A stretch of 64,000 nt of DNA from Thalia democratica (taxonomy: Eukaryota), in assembly GCA_965202585.1 (NCBI GenBank), contig OZ241830.1, positions 10,726,001-10,790,000 of the forward strand, in the 5' to 3' direction. The notes below the pieces were generated by a model. That model was not told where the DNA came from and did no database searches. It was given only the letters and a program-made list of their open reading frames with translations. Shown here piece after piece: positions 12,621-27,228 of this stretch (its first letter is position 1; the number at the start of each line of letters is the position of its first letter). A program made the position numbers and the translations under genes.

Positions 12621-15317
12621 CAGTGGCGTCGTTTGGTTTTTTTTTTTAGGTGGTGCAGAATTTAAAAAAAAATCCCTAACTTTAAAACTCTTTTTTTATC
12701 TTAATTAAAGACTTTTTTCTAGAACAATTACATTAAATTGCTAATGTAACTTGGGAAATTTTGTTTAAAAATAAAACATTTATTTTTTCAAAAAAAAAAA
12801 TTATTTAATAAAACAACTTAAAAGAAAAAGTAAATACTTTGAAAATTAAAGCAAATATAGGAATATTAAGAAAAAAATTAATTAATTTAAAAGACTCAAA
12901 AAATTTTAGCTTACTTATGAGTATTGATTTTTAAGAAGGCTTTAAAGTTAAAACTAACAGTAGAAAAAATTTAGACAAAACAAATTGTTATTATAATGAA
13001 AATACAGCAACTTAATAGTTTTTTTTTATTTTGCCTCAACTTTATTTAAAAAATATTTGATTAAACATCATACTAAGAATGGTTATTTCATTAATATTTA
13101 ACTTAACAAAAAAATAAATGTCTTATCAGACTTGGCAAGGAAATTAAAAAGTCTACAAAAAAAAATTTCTTCACTACAAAAAAAGAAACACTTTCTTCAC
13201 AATTTGATCTTATTTTATGTAGTTTTTACAAAGCTACAAGACGCTTTTTACAGATTTTAAAAATTCAATATACTTTTTTAGATATAGCTGGTCAAAGTCA
13301 AAGGCAATAAAAGGTTCCTTATGGGAGGCACAAACTAATTCAGCGCTTAAAAAAAATGTTTTACCCCCCCCTCTTTAACATCTACTTTAGAATTAATTGT
13401 TAGAAATTATTTTATAAAGTTTTAATTTTACTACAACTCATCTTTTATAAATATAAAAAATTCATATTAACTTTTGAGATATGGTAACTTACAGTCAGAG
13501 GTAAAAAAGAATCCTTATTAATATAATATAAACTCAAACAACAAATAAATCAAATCACTAAAACCATATTTTTTTTTATAAGTTGGCCTCAAAATCTTTA
13601 GATGTTTCTTTTATAAAAAAAACAAATTGCTAAAATAGATATTTGAAACACTAAAAAAAAAATAACAAAAGTTTTTTTTTTATATATATAAAAATATATA
13701 TTGATAGTTAAAAATTTAAATTTCTTTTTAACAAAAGTAAACAAATTTTATAAAACTTAGGATGAAAAAGTTTGATAAAAATTGCTTTAAGAATGATGGA
13801 GAATATAGGTTTTTAGTAAAATTGTATTCTTTTGCTGTTTTGATTTGCTCCTTGTATAATAAATCATTGTACTCTCTGGCTTTGACCGGTTGTAACTAAA
13901 AGTTTAATTAGAACTTTCAAGTTTATTAAAGAGTAACTATTAGCTTTTTGAAAAAGTTAAAATATCAACAACATGTAAAAAAGTGCCTATAAACCTTCCC
14001 CCCCCCCCCTTACCCCTCACTATTTTGCACTTTTTTTTTTTACAAACATTAAGATTTTTATTAACTTTTTTTCTAAATTTAATGTCTTTTTTTTGGAGGT
14101 TTAAAATTCAAAAGTTGTTGAGGGTATCTTTTCTTTATTTAATTTTAATATGTTTTTCATTTTGATGACAGTATTTTTCTCAGGAGCTCAACTTTTAAAG
14201 TTTAGTTGGTGAGGCTTTTGAATTTTTAAAGAATTTTAAAGATAATTTTTAAATAAGTAACCCTTATAGCAGTAAAAAATTGGTTAGTTAGTTTTCATGT
14301 GGCCATAGGGGTAAAACACTCATTTTTTAATTTTAAATAAGCTTGTTATTTTCAGAGTAAAAAACTAAAACTGCTTTAGTCAGCCTTCATATTTTTATAG
14401 TTTGGTCTGTTTTATATTGTCTTGGGTCATCTTGAGTTTTTAACATTTCTAAGTTATCCTGATTATGAGGCAAGGCAACCATGTTTCAACAATTTTATCT
14501 AAAACTTTTGCTTTGTTCATGAAAAAATTAAACCAAAAGTCATATAAAGTAGACTAAATTTTCCTAAAATGTTAAACTACTCTAAGTTTCTAAGTTTAGG
14601 CTATTTACTTTATTTAAATATGTGACTTTTTCAATAATACTAATTTTCATTTAATATAAATCTAAATTATTTTTCTGTAAGAGTGAACTAGAAGTTTATA
14701 TTAAACTTCTTTTTTTTTCAGAACTTTAATTTTACATTTAAAAATAATTTAATTAAATATTTTATTAATTTTATGATAAAAATAATCAGTTATAATTAAG
14801 TTTATGTATGCAAATTAAAATAAAAAATCCAATTTCTTAGACTTTAGTGATTTAAGGTTCTTATCTTTTTTTTTAAATATTTCATTCATGACAAGTTTTG
14901 TTCTTTTACTGTCCAGTTTTAATAGAAGTGATCTGTTAAAGTTAAAAAATCATGTGGGTACATAAACTCAAGTTTAATCCTTTGCAGTAGCTTAGCTTTG
15001 TTTTTATTTTATGTTTACAATAGCTTGTAGATGATACTTAAGCATGTCCTGTTTTAGGGAATTTTAAATTTAGTTTACTTACCGCAAGATATTGATTTTG
15101 CGGTAATTCTTGAAGAAATTTTGCTTTTTTGAGATCATTTGCGGCAGTCAGCTAAGAGTTTGCGGCAGTGAAGTGGGCAAAATGGTCGTTTTCAAAATTG
15201 AAGTTTTTAAAGAGATTTCGTTCAAAAAATAACGAAAACGCCACAGATACTTTTTTTTCTTACAAAATTTCAAGGTGGTGTAGTTGCGGCAGTGCAACAC
15301 CTCACGCGACGCCCATG
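12621..15317 (+). mobile_element. Non-autonomous hAT-superfamily DNA transposon derivative
   Basis: Termini CAGTGGCGTCG (12621) and CGACGCCCATG (15307-15317) match at 9/11. Identical 8-bp flanks GTGCATAC at 12613-12620 and 15318-15325. A remnant peptide WSFSKLKFLKRFRS near 15185-15225 resembles the hAT dimerisation motif ERSFSKLKLIK..LRS. Confidence 0.88.
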
Positions 15318-18300
15318 GTGCATACACTAAAACTTCAACAGTTCAAACAGTATTTCTTGAAAATATATGTTTATCTTTTTATTTAGTTGTTTTTCGTAAT
15401 ATGAACGAAATTGTAGTAAATCAAGTTTTTAATTTAAAGTTGTTATTTAAACAGTTTTAACTTTACACATGAGTTTAAGTTGTAAAAATTTCTTAATTCT
15501 GTACTTATCTTAAACTTTGCGACTTAAAAATTGTGTTATATTTTCGATGATATGTTAAATTTATCAAATATAATGAGTTATTAACATTAATTTCGATGCA
15601 GGTAACATTTGATTACGTGACATTTGAAGAGGTGTAAATAATAGATTCAGCTTTTAAAGTTTAACTTAGTAGTTAAGAATTTTTACTCCTACTAAAATCT
15701 GATTTTTAAGAGTTTTATAAATTAAAAATAATTTTACGATCAAACAATTAGTTTATATACAATCATAATTTTTAAAGGTTACAGATTTTTTTTTGTGAAA
15801 ATATGTTCATGTTAGTTTTTAATGCAGCATGTTTTGAGAAGAGGTTTCAGAATATAGTTTTAGTCGAAGAAAGCCTAAATGCATGCTAAAAGAGTTTTTT
15901 TTCTTTATTGTCCGGATAATTTTTAGTAATGAGAGAAACTGTAGTTGTTGTATCATTATATGCTACTATGATAACAACATTATATTAAATTAGTGTAAAA
16001 GTAAGTGTCATAGGATTTAGTAAAACAATATTTTCAAATTTTTTAGTTCTAAAATACGATAAAACACTCAAATACTGTAGAAGTGTAAAAATTTTAAGAT
16101 CAGCGTTGAAATAAACATAACTAAAGAGAAATATTTTACAAATATTTAACCAAATTTATATTTTTAAATCAACATTTAATATGGGTAATTACCTCTACCA
16201 AAAATATTTATTTCTGTAGATATAAGCTTGTTTAATGTGATATAGCTTGTAATCATTTCGCGAAGCTAAAAGTTCTTTCGACAAATTAAGCACAATTTTA
16301 AGCTGTTGTAGAAGCAGCCGAATTTTTATTATCATTTTAGTTTTGAATGCGTTAGAAAATTACAATCGTTGTAAAATGTTTGTATTTATAATTTTTAGAT
16401 TTGTTATTGATTTTCCTTTGTTTGAAATTAGCGTTAAGTTATAATAAAGTTTTTTTTGCAAAAGAATAAAAATTAAAAAAAAAGTAAAATCTCTAATGTA
16501 AAACTTTTTTCAGTAAAACATCTTACATTTAGGTCTACTTTGAACAACTAAATTTCTTAATTTATATAAATACAAGAAGAGAAACTTGTGAGATATTTTC
16601 TCTGTAAATTTAAGTTAATTTAGTTAAATAATTTGATGTAAATTTTTAACTGTTTTAATTCAATTTGCTAATAAAAAATGTTAAAATATCTCAGCTAAAA
16701 TAAAAGTATATATGTAAATTATTAAATTAAGTTAAAGAAACACAATGTCCTATTAATAACAAAATTTATTGTTACTTGAAATTAAAAGTAGGCAATATAT
16801 TTAAGTTTGTTGAAAAACTTAGTTTTACTCTAGTTTTCACTGTAGACTTAATCAATTATAAACTGCTAATTGCAGTACAAACTTTCACAATTACAAAAAA
16901 TCATGCTCTTTAGCAGCATATTTACTTATAAGTATTAAATACTATTGATAGGTTATTTAAAAAAAATTACTAAGTCATAAGTTTGTTTTGATTTTAGGAT
17001 AAAATATTGTATGAACTTTTTATTTATAAGTTGTGCAAAATAATTTAATTAAGAAGAAACAAAATTTTGTGGTTAAATAAAATTTGAATTTAATCAATGT
17101 AAAACTAACCTACTCAATGTATGCAGTGTTTTTTTTTTTAATTGACCTGTTTTTACAAGTTGGAATTTTTTTTTAACTAATTGAAAACTCATTATTATTC
17201 TTTTTAGTACATTTGAGATTTGAGTATACCTCATCATATCGCTTCTACTTATGAAGCAAATTTCGAATAATAGAAATTTTATCAAGTAAGTTGTATAACC
17301 ATAAACAATATATTTAAAAAATATAATAACATTGTAAATTTTTAATTTACACGCTATAGTTGTAACTTATAAAAGCTAAAGTATAATAAGCTTCTTTTTG
17401 TCACAGAACTTAGATTTAGTTTATATATATTCAAATTGCTATTAGTATGATTAGTTTTTAAACATTTTGACATTTTTTAATAACATTAAACTAGAAAATT
17501 CTGAAAAAAGTTCCACATTTTAGATTGAATACAATATGTTCACCTATAAAATATTTTTTCCGGTTTTGAAATCTTATTGCAAATAAAGAATAAAAGCAGT
17601 ACTTTTCTGCTCATGAGTGATAGAAACGACAAAGTTTACCTGTCAGAAATATGTTGAAAACAGTGCTGCTTTAAATGCATTGAAAAATGAAAACCTTGCA
17701 AATTTTCCGCTAACTTCTAATTATGATTTAAACCAAAAAAAATATTATAAATTTTACACATATCTTTTTAGTTTTAGTGGTATTAGAGTTTAAAATACAA
17801 TGCATTGCAAAACTTATTTTTAAAGGTTTGTAAATTATAGTTGGTATAACTTACTTGAATAAATAGAAAAAATGATTTAAAAAAAAAAAGATTCTAGGTT
17901 ATAAGTTGATTAAAAGTTTTAATTTTTGTATGGTATTGCCAAAATATGTAAAAACATGGTATTGCCAAAAAAATTTAAAAATTTTAAACTTAAGAAATAT
18001 ATTAAGTTAAGTTGTCATAAATTAAGGTAAAAACTACACTCGTTTTAAAAAAAAGATTTTTGAATAGTTTAAACGATTAAAATATATATATAACAAAATG
18101 CTTCAAACTTTTTCAAATGACTTTGCCATCTCTTTTTATTTAAACTTTTTAAAAATTTTAAAAGATATTTCTATAATAAGTTAACTTTAGTAATTAGTAT
18201 CTAACACATTTTTTAACAAAAATTTATAAAAAGAAAATATCTTGAGATTAAAATTTTATATATAATGTTATGTTGAAATACTTGCATTTTAAAAGTGTTT

Positions 18301-20169
18301 TTGAAAGTATGCAATTTACAAAATAATGGTTAGTTCTTAAAAGATTTAGCTTCATGATAAAAAAGATAAACATTTTGCAAACAGAGTTTAAGCTTTTGAA
18401 AATATAGTTTATTAAAATATTATTTTTATAACTAAACTAGCTGCATCTTATTTTTTCAAAAAAGTATGAAATTACAGCACAAATAAATAAATTTTATTGA
18501 AATAATCATTTAACACACAAAAATAAAATTTAAACTTAAATATATTTACAAAATAAAACCTCAACTGTTGTCTGGGCTTGTTCATTGATTATTTAAAACC
18601 GTAGATAAAGCGGTATATAGACTTTGGAAAAATAACAGTAGTAGTAGTTATTATTAACATTTTTGTACGTATTTAAAAATAAAAAAAACATAAATCATAC
18701 AGTATGTGTAAATAACTTAAAGTAAAAAACTTTAAATCGGTAAAAGGCTTAGCTAAAAAAGAGTGTTCTTTTTAGGCATATAAGGTATTTTTTATGTTTT
18801 TGATTAAATAGACATAAAAAGCTTCGACCATAATATTATTATATGATTGTAGTGGTTTCTACATTTACAAGTAATAAAAAAAAAAATATAAAGTATAAAC
18901 ATTCATTAATTTATCGAGTAAAAACATAAATAAAACACTTTTGTTTTAATGAAGTTATAATTAGAAAAAAAAATATATATATTTGCTTAATTTTATAAAA
19001 ACTATAACTTAAACAGCTGTTTCACACATTGAAATGTAAAATTTCATGTGATCGTCAATAAGTTACAGTTTATTATAATAGTGAACAGAAATTTCGATTT
19101 TAAAATTTAACACAAACGTGCACAGATGCTCACTTTCAGATTTTAAACTTCTACTTAAATTAGGTAAAGTTTAATTAAATCACTTTTTTTCAAATTTAGA
19201 TAGTTTATCGCTATAAGGGTGCACATAGACTTATAAAGTATGAAAAAAGAATAAGACACAAGGTAAAACATTTCTTTATTCAGAATACATTTTTTCTTTT
19301 TAAATTAGGTTAATTTATACACATTATACAGTAATATACATAAGTGTTCTTATTTGAAATTACCTTTATATTGTTTCTTATATTTAGAATGTTAAGTTCT
19401 ATGTCGTATTTCAAGACTTATAAGCAAAAAAAAACATTCATGAAATATAAGAAAAAACACATAGAAGAAAAAACAAACCATCGATAACATATTAGTTTAT
19501 ATTAGAGATATAACTAAGTGTCCAATTGCATTTGATTTACCTTTTTTTTGTTTTCTGTAGTCTCTTTGTAAATTTTGTAAATAAAAATACTTTTTGTGAG
19601 TAGTGAGACTGATAAATTATTTTAAACATTTAAAAAACCTTTTCATTTATAAAGTGTTCCGCGTTAATGTCGAGCCTCTCTGACAACATAGCTTTCACAG
19701 GCTTGTTTAAATATAATTTAAAATTTAGACCAAGAAAGAAAAAATAGTACACTTTGTGAAACCAAAAGCAAAAAAGTTCTTTTTTTCGATGTAACTGTTT
19801 GCATAACTGTGTTTGTTATTATAGTTTAATTGTTGTTGATCTTGTACTTTTTTGTTTTCAAACACAAAAATCATAGCCTAGTATTATTTTAAAAGATTTA
19901 AGCAGAAATTTTACAAAGTTAAGTATGATAAAAATTTGTTATTTTGTTTAAAAAGTCCAAAGATAACGAAACTTTATGTATAATGACTAAAATATTTCAG
20001 TTAATAATAAATATTAGATTGAAAAATTACACAAAAATTCAAATATGCCTTATACGTGTAACTAAAAGTGATTAAAACTAAAATTGAGTAAATAAAAACT
20101 GACTAAAACTAAAACTGTGGCATGCAAAAAGTTTAATGCTTAAGGTTTAGCCTGCGAGGACCTTTAGCT

Positions 20170-20410
20170 TGCCGATCCTTGCTCTAACTCTTACCCTCAG
20201 TAGGTAACTTTTTTTTTCTTTTTTTTTTTTACTTTTTTTTTTATTATTGTTTTCACTCTCGTACAAAAATGACACTTCGTGCAAAAATGACTTTCTGTGT
20301 GACCCTTCCTGCAAAAGTGTTTCAAAAAAAATGGTTTCGTGCAAAAGTGTCTCTTTGTGCATATTCGACTCTTCGTGCAAAATTGTTTTAGTGCATATTT
20401 TACCCGTTCC
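20170..20410. repeat. Unclassified short interspersed element with internal TTTGCACGAA-type subrepeats
   Basis: Tandem GTGCAAAA/TTCGTGCA units ending GTGCATATTTTACCCGTTCCC. Related copies at ~1400-1475, 30430-30575, 31290-31410, 36850-36965, 43300-43553 and, inverted, 46295-46530. Confidence 0.7.
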
Positions 20411-21462
20411 CATTTTTGATGTTTCAAACTGTTACTTTTAAGAAAAAACAAATCAAAATATAAAACATGTTCCACATTAAATCAGCTCTTAATAAGGTTT
20501 AAACTTAGTGTATGAACGTTTAAACGACAACCCGTGAAACAATATCTATTGCTTATTTTTGTTAAAAATACTTAACATCTGTACGTGTTAACTTTGAACT
20601 GAACTTATAAACCTTGTTTTATTTAATTTTAAATTATAAAAAATTGAAGAGTGACTTTATGCGTAAAATCTTTACTTTTTATTGGTTTAAAAAATTAGCT
20701 GATAAATAACAATAGTAACTACATTTTTGTTCCGTTTCTTAACTATAATAACCTTTTAAAGTGGTAAAAAGCAATAATTATATGTCGCAATCATTTAGAA
20801 ACTTTTTATTATATAGTAAAAATTAATGTTACATTTTACTTGAATTATTTAATCAATCATCATTGTTACCCTTGTTATAGAAACAAAATCACTCAAAGTT
20901 GTAGTTAAAAAAATATTTAAAACATTTTTAGACTTTTACTTATTCATTAGAAACTGTACCGTTTTCGATTTGCCAAAATCAAATATATCTTTTTAAATAC
21001 TTATTTGTTTTATAAAGCTAGAAATATTTCAATTACTGGCGAACTAAATCTCTTTTAAAGCGTTTTTAGTACCATTGATAAATTTGTTTAACTTATAGAT
21101 AATTTACTGATAGTAATTTAATGTCGCTACTTAGCGGCTAAACAAAACATCTGTTTAGAGTTTGAAGAATAATTTGTCTAGATTACCTAAAATAGTGAAA
21201 AATAAACAAAATTTTGTTTAAAATAACAAAAAACTATACAATTAAGATATATTGCAGTCAATAAATAGTTTGAAAAAGGATATAAACGGTAAAGTTTGTT
21301 GATTGTTAAGGAAGTTATAATTTCTAAGCTTTATTTACTTTTCATTTAAAAAATTGCGTTTAACTAACATAATGATTTCAATTGTATTTTTTTGATACAC
21401 TTATATGTAAAAAGTCAATACGACTCAAACATAACAACCTATTAATTGTTGTAAATGGTTTA

Positions 21463-21590
21463 CTATCATTTCTAACTTGCTATCATTTCTAACCCGATCA
21501 CTTCTATCCCGATCATTTCTAACCCGATCATATCTAACCCGATCACTTTTAACTCGATCGTTTCTAACCCGACTGTTATTAATCCGATCT
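21463..21590 (+). repeat. Tandem 15-bp repeat (ATCATTTCTAACCCG), about 8 degenerate units
   Basis: Read directly from the sequence. Confidence 0.85.
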
Positions 21591-24500
21591 GTATTAATAT
21601 GTTTATGTATTATTGTCTTAAAGTAAGGACTTGTTTTAAAAACACAATAATCTCAACAAAGTTTTTTTTTATCGAAATTTAGTTTATTTTTTTAAAGTAA
21701 AACTTAATGTTTAAATAGCTTTAATAGAATTTAATATTTCATTTTAATTGCTTTTTGAAGTTTTTTTTTTCCTACGCTAGACCCACACATAAAAGTCTGG
21801 GCCGCTTAAAATAAATAACACATAACGAAAAGATCAAAAACTACAGTTTTATCTAATTTTTATAGATTAACAGCTAAAAAATAAAATAGTATAAGACTAA
21901 TTAACTTAATTTTGATTCAAAAGAGAAATATTTTAACAAACTTGGTTTTAATTTTATACTAAGTAACTTAAATATCAACTCTTTCAACGATCAGTGAGTT
22001 CCAATAAAACAAAACATATCTGTACAATCTTTCATTTAAGAATTAACTTCAAATTTATTTTCATCAAACAACCTTCTCTGCAAAATTCAGCAACAAGTTT
22101 TGAGACAATTTATTAATTTTTTTTCTATTATTTTAGTTAAGCAATCAGCAAAATAGTCTGAATTACGCACTTCTACAATAAATCAAGGTTAAGAATTACT
22201 TTTATAAAATTCATTTAGAATGTACTACAATGTCAGAGTTTAAACAAACTACAAAAATTCTTGAACAAAACTTCTTCTTGTTTATACATCTACCAGATAT
22301 ACACATTCTAACTTTTAGAGTTAAATTCTGCACATTTGTGCAACCGTTTTATCTAACTTTTCAATTTTTTTATTTAGACTTTGTTTCTTAAATATGTCGT
22401 AAAATTAGTAAAAACTATTCTGACTACTTTTTTGTAATCATCGTAAAAAAGTTGCGCTTCTCACGTTTGTAATGTGGTGATCAAGACTGATTAATCAAAT
22501 TTTGAATTTTACTTTGCAATTTTATTAACTGATTTTTATTTGTTTACTGCTTACATTGCCTCAATTTCTTAAAATGAGTTCGAATATTATTTGACGGTTA
22601 AAATTCAACATTATCTTCCATCATTTCTGCCTGATGGAACAAATTATAAAGATTAAGATCGTCATTGATGTTCGATTGAATTTTTTCTGTTCATAGCTTA
22701 AATATACCTAACTAAAAAAATTCTAGGTTCTTGATAGACATATAGTGGTCTCCACTATATCGATAGAGATTTATTTATAAACTACTTATTTTTATGGTCT
22801 TAAATATTTAGTTTCCATGTACTTAGCTAAACTGATTACTTTACTTAATAGTAGTTTACAGTACTAATATTACAAGTATTTCTCTTACTTGAAATAAATT
22901 ATTCTTAAGTAATGAATGAAACACACTATGTATTCATGTCAAGTAGTTTGTTATAAAATAATTACTATTAAAACTCAATAAAGAAACTTTATTAGATAAT
23001 TAACAAATAAACTATTTTAATACAACGCATGCAAAAATACTTACAATCTTGTAAAAATAAATATTCGATTAAGAAACTTGCTTAGTCGATGTTCTTAGAC
23101 GTAAACTAAGTGTTCTGGTCGCTTGACAAATTATTATTTATTGTCCACCAATAGACAAATTATACTTTCCTCGATGTAGATTATAATATTGAACTTAACT
23201 TGTTTTTGCGTTGATCAGGCGAACGTGATTTCATCGTAACGTAGAAACACACAGTTTGCAGTACAATTTACTACAAACGCGTATTTGAAAGATAAACGAC
23301 GACATATACGCTTGGAAAGAAGTAAACTACTCCAAATAAACAATGTTGCCTTTGAAATTATGAAAATAGTTTTTAGAAGTCTTGTTTATATGTTGAAACA
23401 TATTCTTTATATGTAGTTTTTATATGTCTAATGTTTTTAGATTTTTGTTTCTTATTATATTGAAGTTTAATTAAGTTATTTAAAAACTTTAGTATAGGGT
23501 AAAATAAACGGCACGTTTAAATTTATAGTATATATTGTAATTTACTATTTTTTGAGTTAAATAATTAAATTTAACATTTTAATTAAGTTGCAAGTTCTCA
23601 GGATACTTTCTGGGGTAATTATCTTTTGGCATTTAATTATGATATACACTAAAATTCTTACTGAAGTGACTAACAAATTATGATTATTCACATTTTTGTA
23701 CGAAAAAAATGACACAACCAATAAAGTAAACATTTTAAAACAATTAGCTTTGCAAAATTTTGGACTATAAATAGTCATTAATAAATATTTTTTTAATTTT
23801 TGTTATGTATACTTTGGACAAACTGTAGTTAAATAATGAAGTATTTACAAGTTTTAGTAATTTAAATAGCTATTCACTTTTTTATTATACTGATATGATC
23901 TTAAAATTAAAATACCCTAAACAGTTGTTTTTTACCTTGAAACTAACAAAAAAAATTTTACATGTTAAAGTTGAATGATTTATCAAATTACTTAAACTAT
24001 TAAAGAATCTAAAACTTTATAAGACAAATTATTATTGTTTAAGCTGTTTATAAAAAGCGAAAAGTTGATTATTGAAATTTGTTCATCTATATAGCTTAAA
24101 TAAAAGTAACAGTTTATTCTAAATACAAAAACTATAATTCATATTACATTATTAAATTCCACATTATCTAAGTGTCTATATTTAACTTAACTTGCATTAA
24201 AATAATATATCTAATATTGTTATACAGGTTTTATTTCATAACTGATAAGTTAAAAAAAAACCATTAAATTTATTTTTAATTAACACTGACTTTTTAAATT
24301 TATTTTTTACAATTAAGTTGAAATTATTGAACTACGTACTAAAAAAAAGTTTACTTTACTTCAACTTACTGAATTAACTTACACAGGTGAAATTTGTCAG
24401 ATGTTGGTAAATTGACAAATGTTTATTTAATTTATGAAAGATAGGAGTAGGACACTGTCTTTACAGCATAACCATCGATTTTGCACTAAATTTAATGCTA

Positions 24501-26679
24501 GAAACTCATAATAAAACTAAACCTAAGTTTTTTAAAGATTATTGTTTTTCTATAAAAGTCTGAGAACAATTGTATGTTCAACACACAAAACATAGATTAA
24601 TAGTCGTTTACTTACATTTTAAATGACAATATAAAACTTAACCCCTTAAAAATACTTTTATTGTTGTTTTTATTGGTTAGCTCAAAGTAGTGACTTATTT
24701 GAAATTTGAATATTGTAACCATTTAAATTGTTGTTGTTGTTGTTGTTTTAAAATAATTTAATTTTAAATCTGAACTAAGCATCATTATTAAAAACTTACA
24801 CTGTCCTATACAAAAATTTAAAAATTTTATGTTGTCTTAATAAAACAAACTTATATCTTAAAAATAAACTATGTATTTGTTTAAAAGTAAAAGTTAAAGA
24901 ATTGTACCGTGCTTTCAACGGATTAAAATTAGAAAAAAACCACAAGGTATTTTAATCATTTTGTTGTTAAAAATATTAAATATATATGAATTAAGTGTTT
25001 GTATGATACTCAATGACGTCAGATAAACAATTAATCGTTACTTTAATTCATGATATGTTTAATTGAAAGAATTTTTTTTTTAAATTAATAGTATGCTGCT
25101 TTACAATTTTCAATACAAAATTTAAATTTAAAGTTTTATTTAGCAACAATTTACGTTTAATCTGATATTTAAAATACACTTGGATGTAGGCAACTAAAAA
25201 TATTGTTTCAAAGTAAAAAAGATCGTATTACACACTAGCAAAACTAAAAATAAAAGTACTATAAATAAAAAATAGTTATGCTAATCTTTACATATAACTA
25301 GTGTTTGGCCTTTAAAACGAACTTAATATATCTAACAAACAACAAAAAAAAATTAACTTATTTTAAAATAAATTTACAAAAATTGATAGTTTTATTTTTT
25401 GTAATATTCAAAACTATGAATATCAAAGTAGTTAATAGTATTAGAAATAAGTAGATAATATTTGAAAGTTTAAGATATAAAAACCAAGTTATTATTTTTT
25501 TTATTATTTAATCAGCCGTTTAAGCTGTAACTATTTTTTTTTTCAAGAGCTATCTATTAATTAAAGTAAAATGATAAGATAAGCATTTATTTGTTTGTTT
25601 TAAGTGTTTTTGTCTTTTCAATTTACTTATTTTGTTTAGTTTCTCGTTTACATAGTCTGTTAATATAATCTATTGATAACAGTATTAATCAAATTAGTTA
25701 TTTCCTATTTTGTTAATGTTATAAATTTCATCAAACATGTTTGCGATTTAAGTAATAATATCCTGAGCAATTCTAACAAATAGTTCTAACAAACTTTAGA
25801 TTTAGAAAATAATAATATCATACTGATCAACTGTACCTAAATTAATTTTATTAATTTTAATTAAACCTTTTGAACTGTCTTGAGAAAAAATAAACATAAA
25901 TAAATAAGTATAATAAGATTCCTTGATTAATTTTTGTAAAACAAAACTTGATTTTATTTCTTTTTGTTTATCAAGCGACAAAATTGACAATAGTGTGAAG
26001 TGTATCTGTTTTACTAATTCAACCTTTTTGTGATTAAACCATTTAATCTATATATTTTTATTGAACTATATTTGTAGTAAATTTATTGTTAATCGGTATG
26101 TAATAAGCTATTCTTAACAACCAACATCGAAGCTTTTTCTAAAAATATGTCAAAAAAGTTCATAAGGAAAACTTATAAGTAAACTATATTAAAAAAATTT
26201 AAGTAATATAACACAGGTAAATGGTAGTCGTACCATAAACATGTAAGTGTGGGCTTACCATAATATTTTTCAATACATCAGGATTCTTGATGTAAAAATC
26301 GTGATTTTTTGTCACGAAATATTAAGTATGCTGTTTTGTACAACTCTTATATATCTTAGACACGATTAGAGTTGTAGTTAAAAAATGCAACGTAAATAGT
26401 GACAAAACACACTAGTTGTGATCAAAAATGTATATTTTAATAAAATTTGTTTAATTATACTTAGTCAATAAAAGTTGTATATAGATTTAGCCCGCGACAC
26501 ATGAAGTTCTTTTTTTTTTGACTGAAGTAAAGAGATTAATATCTATAGGTCCGCCGGAAAAAATATTTTGGTTGCTTATTAAAAAATAAATTGCTGTTTA
26601 CTAGCATTTCTTAGTTAAATGCCGTTAAATAAACTAACATTTTTCTCATTATAGTCTTTACGCGTTTCCTAGAAAATCC

Positions 26680-27228
26680 TTATTTCAATTAAACCGATTG
26701 TGTCCTTGAAATCTTGTAGGATTATGTCTACGAAGTCTAATATTTGGTTACAGTGATGTTTTTGGCAAGTATAAGAGCATGTACTGGCTTTTCTTACAAA
26801 CGGGCTGCAAATGATCTGGTGTTTTCATTCAAGTTTTGTCTCGCACTAAGAAAGTCTGATCGTCGAACAACAACTGAAGCTGGAATAACTGCAAAATGCT
26901 TTATCATGCTTAAAAGCTCATTTGAACTTACTACGTTAACATGACCCTTTAGAAAAGATTGTATAGTTTTTATCACAGCATTGGTGCAATTGACGACGTT
27001 TTCCTGACGCTGTAATTTTTGTGCTGTCTTTTTGCTGAAATTTGTTCTATACCTCTTCATTACTTTTTATACTAATTCACAAACTGTCTATCTTTTCAAG
27101 ATGTGGTTTAAAACAGCTTGCATTGTTGTGGAAATTGTTGTGTATGATAAGCAAAGACGCAGCTACAAAAACATCGATACTGGTGTTACATATGTGCAAC
27201 TCTCCAGTAGGCATTTAATCACTGGCAT
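26680..27228 (-). pseudogene. Decayed Ty3/Gypsy gag fragment
   Basis: Joined across frameshifts and stops it reads MPVIKCLLESCTYVTP..IDVFVAASLLIIH...VIPASVVVRRSDFLSARQNLNENTRSFAARL..KASTCSYTCQKHHCNQILDFVDIIL. This matches the MPxIxC..CxYxT / QxxxExxRxFAARLxGKAxTC pattern I recall from marine-invertebrate Gypsy Gag. No pol or LTR was seen. Confidence 0.72.
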
